A DNA stretch of 64,000 nt, taken from contig JACPHY010000003.1 in the NCBI GenBank assembly GCA_016188355.1, positions 8,170 to 72,169 of the forward strand, read 5' to 3'. The notes beneath the pieces were generated by a model that worked only from the letters and a program-made list of their open reading frames with translations, made no database searches and was not told the origin of the DNA. A program made the translations under genes and the position numbers. Every line of letters begins with the position of its first letter. Positions within the stretch are counted from its first letter, which is position 1. The DNA comes from Candidatus Uhrbacteria bacterium. Its GTDB lineage: Bacteria > Patescibacteriota > Patescibacteriia > JACPHY01. Positions 58,737-64,000 of this stretch are shown here, in pieces.

Positions 58737-61508
58737 ATGGCATCTCCCCCCACCCTCCTCATTGTCGACGGTTCTTCTCTGCTCCATCGTGCGCACCATG
58801 CGTTGCCGCCGCTCACCGCGCCGGATGGGCGACTCGTGAGTGCGGCGTATGGATTTTTGGTCATGTTCCTGAAAGGGCTTGCCGATTTGCAGCCGACGCA
58901 CGTGGCGGTGACCTTTGATCGTCCCGAACCTACCTTTCGGAACACGCTCTTCCCCGCGTACCAGGCGCAACGCGAGGAAAAGCCCGATGAGCTCTATGCG
59001 CAGATACCCGTGATCACGCGTATCCTCACCGGACTCGGGGTGCCTGTATTTGCCATTCCGGAGTTCGAAGCGGACGACGTGATCGGAACGATCGTGACCC
59101 GGGTCATGGACGCGCCTGTTCCCCCGCACGTGACCGTGCTCACGGGTGACAAGGATTTGCTCCAGTTGGTGCGGGAGGGGGTGGAGGTGGTGCTGTTCCG
59201 GCGTGGGATGACGGAGACCGCGCGATATGACACCGCTGCGGTGGTGGAGCGGTTCGGGTTTCCGCCGGAGCGTATTCCTGATTTCAAGGCGCTCGCAGGC
59301 GATGCATCGGATAATTACCCCGGAGTTCCCGGCATTGGGGAGAAGACCGCAACGGAGTTGGTGCGACAATTTGGGGATCTCGCCTCGATGCTTGTGGCAG
59401 CGACTGCGGCGTCCCGTCCCGCGGGGCTTTCCGAGAAGCTCGCGGCGCGACTCGCCGCGCATACCGAAGCGGCACAGGTGGGACTGCGACTTGCGACGAT
59501 CGTGCGCACCGTGCCCATGGAATTTGATCTCGCGCAGTGCGTGCTTGGCATGTATGACCGTGATGCGGTGATGGCGCAGCTTCGGGAGTTGGGATTTCAG
59601 TCGCTCACGGGAAGACTGCCTGGTGCCCACGCATTATCCCGCGCCGCCGAGGCCGTACAGGATCAGCTCCTCCCCCGCTCGGATGGAGATGCTGCAAGCG
59701 CAGCACGCCATGTTTCCGTTGCCCCAGAAGCGGCGCATGAGGAAGTGCTCGCCGATGTCGCGTCGATGCGATCGGCGCTCGAGGCGGCAACGCGTTCCTC
59801 GGGCGTAGCATTATCCGCGGTGACGCGCGCGGATAACGTGCGATCAGGGCACCCGCTGGCGCTCGGGATGGCGTTTGCGGATCGCGCGTGCGGCCTGTAT
59901 CCCTGGGGCACGGCGCTTGCGGAAGTCGCGTCGCTCATCCGCGATGCGCACGTCCCCAAGGACACGCATGATGCGAAGGCGCTCCTCCATCTCCTCCATC
60001 GCTCCCGCATGAGCTGCGAAGGGCTGCGATGGGATACCGCACTCTTGAGCTACCTCCTCGCTCCTGGTTCGCGCTCCCATGATTTCGCGCATGTGGTGTT
60101 CCAGGAATTGGGAGTGGAAGTGGGGTCGTCCGCGGATGCGGAGACGGGACCCGCACCGGAGGATGAGGAGCATAAGGTCGCCGCGGCACGAGCGACGCAC
60201 GAAGCGGCACTGGTGGCGCGGTTGGTGCCCGTGCTCACCGAAAAAGTGCGTGCGGCCGATCTCCTGCGCGTCTATGAAGAGTTCGAGCGGCCGCTGGTCC
60301 CGGTGCTCCAACGCATGGAGGCAATGGGGGTGCGTCTCGACACGGAGCACCTCGCGGCGCTCGCGGTTCGCTTGCGAACGGAACTCGAGCGCGCGGATCG
60401 CGATATTTTCGCGCTTGCTGGACATGCGTTCAATATCGACTCCCCGCCACAGCTGAAAGTGGTGCTGTTTGCGGAGTTGGGTCTTGCGGCGCGGGGGATC
60501 AAAAAAACGATCAAAGGTCGTACCCTGTCGACCGCGGCATCCGAGCTCGAGAAATTACGCGGCGCGCATCCCATCATCGAGCACGTGCTCCGGCATCGCG
60601 AATTGCGGAAACTTCTCTCCACGTACGTGGAGGCGCTCCCCGCGCTCGTGGATCCGCAGACGGGGCGCGTGCATACCACGTATCACCAAACGGTCACCGC
60701 GACCGGGCGGCTCTCCTCCGCGGATCCAAATTTGCAGAACATTCCGGTCGCAGAACCGTGGGGACCAGAGATTCGCCGTGCATGTATTGCGGAAGACGGG
60801 TGGCAGTTGCTCGGCATTGATTACTCGCAATTCGAGCTGCGGATTGCGGCAGCGCTCTCGGGTGATCGTGCGCTCCAGGAGGCATTCCGCTCGGGACGGG
60901 ACATTCATGCAGCGACCGCCGTCGAGATGTTCCATGTGGAGCCGGAAGCGGTCACCAAGGACCAGCGCCGAGTGGCGAAGGCGATCAATTTCGGCATTCT
61001 CTACGGCATGGGCGCGAATGCGCTCGCGGTCACCGCGGAGATCGCTCGCGCGGAGGCAGAGGAGTACATCGCGCGCTACTTTCAAATTTACGCTGGCCTG
61101 AAGGAATGGATCGATACGACGATTGCGCTCGCACGAACGCGTGGATATGTGGAGACGCTGTTCGGGCGAAAACGATTCCTGCCGGAGCTGCAATCCGGCG
61201 TGCCGCAGGTGCGCGCGGCCGCGGAGCGCATGGCGGTGAACATGCCGATTCAGGGGACGCAGGCGGACCTCCTGAAGCGCGCCATGATTCGTGCAGATGC
61301 CTGGATTCGTGCGCATGCGGCCGACCGCGTTCGCATGGTGCTCACGGTGCATGATGAACTCGTGTTCGAGGTGCGCGAGGATTCGGTTGCGGAAGCGGCG
61401 CACGCACTCATCGATCTCCTCGAGCATGTCGAATCGTTGGCAGTGCCTATTCTCGTCGAAGCGAAGGTGGGACGGAGTTGGGGGGATATGCAGCGTTGGG
61501 TCCCCTGA
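58737..61508 (+). CDS. polA: DNA polymerase I
   Basis: 5'-3' exonuclease (VDGSSL.HRA, EADDVIGT, GDASDN.PGV.GIG), TGRLSS..PNLQNIP, DYSQ.ELR, K.INFG..YG, VHDE; the 3'-5' exonuclease domain looks degenerate. Confidence 0.97.
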   Translation: MASPPTLLIVDGSSLLHRAHHALPPLTAPDGRLVSAAYGFLVMFLKGLADLQPTHVAVTFDRPEPTFRNTLFPAYQAQREEKPDELYAQIPVITRILTGLGVPVFAIPEFEADDVIGTIVTRVMDAPVPPHVTVLTGDKDLLQLVREGVEVVLFRRGMTETARYDTAAVVERFGFPPERIPDFKALAGDASDNYPGVPGIGEKTATELVRQFGDLASMLVAATAASRPAGLSEKLAARLAAHTEAAQVGLRLATIVRTVPMEFDLAQCVLGMYDRDAVMAQLRELGFQSLTGRLPGAHALSRAAEAVQDQLLPRSDGDAASAARHVSVAPEAAHEEVLADVASMRSALEAATRSSGVALSAVTRADNVRSGHPLALGMAFADRACGLYPWGTALAEVASLIRDAHVPKDTHDAKALLHLLHRSRMSCEGLRWDTALLSYLLAPGSRSHDFAHVVFQELGVEVGSSADAETGPAPEDEEHKVAAARATHEAALVARLVPVLTEKVRAADLLRVYEEFERPLVPVLQRMEAMGVRLDTEHLAALAVRLRTELERADRDIFALAGHAFNIDSPPQLKVVLFAELGLAARGIKKTIKGRTLSTAASELEKLRGAHPIIEHVLRHRELRKLLSTYVEALPALVDPQTGRVHTTYHQTVTATGRLSSADPNLQNIPVAEPWGPEIRRACIAEDGWQLLGIDYSQFELRIAAALSGDRALQEAFRSGRDIHAATAVEMFHVEPEAVTKDQRRVAKAINFGILYGMGANALAVTAEIARAEAEEYIARYFQIYAGLKEWIDTTIALARTRGYVETLFGRKRFLPELQSGVPQVRAAAERMAVNMPIQGTQADLLKRAMIRADAWIRAHAADRVRMVLTVHDELVFEVREDSVAEAAHALIDLLEHVESLAVPILVEAKVGRSWGDMQRWVP

Positions 61509-61590
61509 CGTGATCTGACGAACGACCAACCCGCCCGTGCGTACGGGCGGGTTGGTCGTTATGCTGGGAGAGGAGCATGGCGCATCCTCT

Positions 61591-62433
61591 ATGATTGGTG
61601 TTGCATTGACCGCGGTGGGTACCGGACTCGAGGAGTGTGCGGCGACGATCGGGAAGCGGCAGGTCCTCCGCCATGCGGAGAGCGTCCCGACGATGGGCGT
61701 GCTGCACCTGATCGTAGGAGCGGTCGTGTTCCTCGGCATTGTTGTGGTGCATCCAAGCAGCTTCGTGCTCGCGTCGGCGTCGTTGCCTATCCTGGTGCCG
61801 CGATTGGCGCTGGAAATATTCCAGGCACATGTGACGCTTACGGCAATCGCGCGCGCGGATCGGAGCACTTTCAGTTTTCTCCGCATGCTGACGATCCCCG
61901 TGTTGCTCGGCGTAGATGTGCTCTTGGGATATTCCCTGCGCACCACTCAGTTCGTGGGCGCACTCGTGGTGATGGCCGTGCTCACATTTGCGCTCTTGGA
62001 GCGCGGTATCCGCGCACGCGGTGCGGGTCTCGTTGTAGTGAGTGCGCTCAACTCCGCATTGACGATCTCCCTCTACAAGTACACGATCACGCATTACAAT
62101 TCCGTCGTTGCGGAGCAACTGGTGAGCACGTTGGTGTTATTGGGGTACTTTGCCGTACTCGCGCGTGTCCGTGCGCATGAGCACCCGCTCGCATTCCTCC
62201 GTCGTCCTATGTTTCTCGTGGAGTCGCTCGCGCAGGGAGTGGGTGGCGTGATCGAGGGATTCGCCTACGCGTTCGCCCCAGCCGCCGTGATCGTTGCCGC
62301 GAAACGATCGACGGCAGTGCTCTGGAGTATTGGCACGGGGAATCATGTGTTCCATGAATCGCATCTCGCCGTGAAGATGGTTACGGGCGTCGGACTGATT
62401 GTGGGTATCGTGCTCCTCGCGATGGGCGGATGA
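61591..62433 (+). CDS. DMT/EamA-like membrane transporter
   Basis: About 10 TM in a two-repeat arrangement. Confidence 0.65.
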   Translation: MIGVALTAVGTGLEECAATIGKRQVLRHAESVPTMGVLHLIVGAVVFLGIVVVHPSSFVLASASLPILVPRLALEIFQAHVTLTAIARADRSTFSFLRMLTIPVLLGVDVLLGYSLRTTQFVGALVVMAVLTFALLERGIRARGAGLVVVSALNSALTISLYKYTITHYNSVVAEQLVSTLVLLGYFAVLARVRAHEHPLAFLRRPMFLVESLAQGVGGVIEGFAYAFAPAAVIVAAKRSTAVLWSIGTGNHVFHESHLAVKMVTGVGLIVGIVLLAMGG

Positions 62434-62541
62434 TCGGCGCGCGTACCATACCGCACGGCATCCTTGCGGGTGCCGTGCGGTTGTGTCTCAATGCGGGAGC
62501 CGAGGCGGGCTCGGCGGTTCTTTAGTTCCCCGGAGGATGTG

Positions 62542-63924
62542 ATGGCCAACAATGGGGCTCGTGATCCGTTCGACAATATTTCGCCGATTGATTATCGGTA
62601 CTGGTCGAAGCGCCTTTCAAAATACCTTTCCGAAAACGCGTTCACCCGGTGCAAGCTGGAGGTCGAGCAGGCGCTCGTTCGGGTGCTCGCGCGCCGCGGC
62701 ATCTGCGCTGCGACGGTCGTCGAGGCGGTGGCGCAGGCGTGCGCACGGGTGACCACCGCGGAGGTGTATGCGGAAGAAGAGCGTATCCATCACGACGTCC
62801 GCGCACTGGTGAACTGCATTCGCGCGCACGTGTCGGATGATGCGAAGCCATACGTGCACATGACGGCGACCTCGTACGACATCGTCGATACGGCGAACGC
62901 CGTGCGTTATCGGAATGCGATGCAGGAGGTGCTGCTCCCCGCGCTCACCGTGCTCCTGCGGGTGCTGGTGGAGTGCGTGCATCGGTACGCGAACACCACG
63001 CAGATCGGGCGGACGCATGGGCAGCACGCGGTGCCGATCACGTTCGGATTCGCGATGGCGGAATACGTGCACCGTCTGGGCAATTCCTGGATGGCGCTGC
63101 GTGCATTGACGGCGGAAATCCCCGGCAAGTTTTCTGGAGCAGTGGGCGCGTATAATGCGTCCTCGCTGTTCTTCGAGGATCCCGAGGAGTTTGAGCGTGA
63201 GGTGCTCGAAGAGTTGGAGTTGCAGCCGTCGGAGTTCTCGACGCAGGTGGTGCCACCGGAAGCGCTCACGCGGCTCTTCAGTGAGATCACCATCGCCGCG
63301 GGCATCCTCGCGAATCTCGCCGACGACCTGCGGCACCTCCAGCGCACGGAGATCGGGGAGGTGGGTGAGGCATTTGCGGCGGATCAGGTAGGATCGTCGA
63401 CCATGCCGCAGAAGCGGAATCCGATCAATTTCGAGAACGCGAAGAGCTGCTGGAAGATCGTCATGCCGCGGATCATCACCGTGTTCATGGATCAGATCAG
63501 CGAGCACCAGCGCGATCTCACGAATTCCGCATCCGCGCGAACGTACGGTGAGGTGATCGCGTATGTGGTCACCATGACGGAGCGGCTCGCACGGACCATC
63601 GCCAAGCTCTCCGTGGATCCGGAGCGGCTTGCGCACAACCTCGCCTTGCAGCGGGGGCTCATCGTGGCGGAACCACTGTATATCATGTTGGCGGCGCTCG
63701 GGCATCCGCATGCGCACGAGCGGGTGCGGCAGCTCACACTGCGCGCGCAGCGTGAGGCGCGTCCCCTTGAGGTGATTGCCGCAGAAGATGTGGAGCTGCA
63801 ACCGTACCTGGCGCGCATGACCCCGCGGCAGCGTGCCATCCTCGCAGATCCGACGCAGTACACGGGTATTGCCGCCGCGAAGGCGGTCAAAATTGCGGAC
63901 TACTGGAAACTGCAGCTGCAGTGA
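62542..63924 (+). CDS. purB: adenylosuccinate lyase
   Basis: ISPIDYRY, GRTHGQHA.P.TFG, GSSTMPQKRNP fumarate-lyase signature, HQRDL. Confidence 0.9.
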   Translation: MANNGARDPFDNISPIDYRYWSKRLSKYLSENAFTRCKLEVEQALVRVLARRGICAATVVEAVAQACARVTTAEVYAEEERIHHDVRALVNCIRAHVSDDAKPYVHMTATSYDIVDTANAVRYRNAMQEVLLPALTVLLRVLVECVHRYANTTQIGRTHGQHAVPITFGFAMAEYVHRLGNSWMALRALTAEIPGKFSGAVGAYNASSLFFEDPEEFEREVLEELELQPSEFSTQVVPPEALTRLFSEITIAAGILANLADDLRHLQRTEIGEVGEAFAADQVGSSTMPQKRNPINFENAKSCWKIVMPRIITVFMDQISEHQRDLTNSASARTYGEVIAYVVTMTERLARTIAKLSVDPERLAHNLALQRGLIVAEPLYIMLAALGHPHAHERVRQLTLRAQREARPLEVIAAEDVELQPYLARMTPRQRAILADPTQYTGIAAAKAVKIADYWKLQLQ

Positions 63925-63944
63925 TGGGATGATCCGGAGTAGCA

Positions 63945-63978
63945 GAACACCGTCCGCTTCGTGCGGACGGTGTTTTTC
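63945..63978 (+). terminator. intrinsic terminator
   Basis: AACACCGTCCGC-TTCGT-GCGGACGGTGTT followed by a T-tract. Confidence 0.8.
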
Positions 63979-64000
63979 TATTTCAGGGAGCGCAGTGTGG

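Noticed and set aside
1-64000. Alternative genetic code (TGA or TAG recoding)
   Set aside because: Conserved genes such as hppA, trxB, dnaN, polA and purB end at TGA at expected lengths, and others end normally at TAG.

Overview
High-GC bacterial chromosomal window spanning the replication origin (yidD-rnpA-rpmH <- -> dnaA ... oriC ... dnaN). Gene content suggests a Patescibacteria/CPR-type genome (inference, not verified). Most of it is housekeeping: rnhB, hppA, tig, nfo, trxB, rpiB, rpe, split transketolase, fba, two PfkB kinases, a class A PBP, tRNA-Cys, polA and purB. The standout is a ~5.9 kb locus at 4.37-10.26 kb between hppA and tig. It carries two paralogous RAMP/Cas7-like genes, a DinG/XPD-type helicase and four non-coding arrays totalling 17 units. 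Each unit is a 5-nt periodic tract (fixed YGC-like triplet plus variable dinucleotide, about 8-14 periods) closed by a hairpin with a CC(A/C)AT-like loop. There is no CRISPR array, cas1/cas2 or nuclease. It looks like an RNA-guided system with a non-contiguous guide code, resembling the VIPR type as I recall it, but with a different motif, two RAMP paralogs and a helicase. Other notable items: an accessory island (17.2-26.3 kb) punctuated by about nine copies of a structured element, an IS5-like MITE just upstream of rpmH, a receiver/DnaJ-zinc-finger fusion and a Cys-rich microprotein missed by the ORF track. All coordinates and parses were done by eye.
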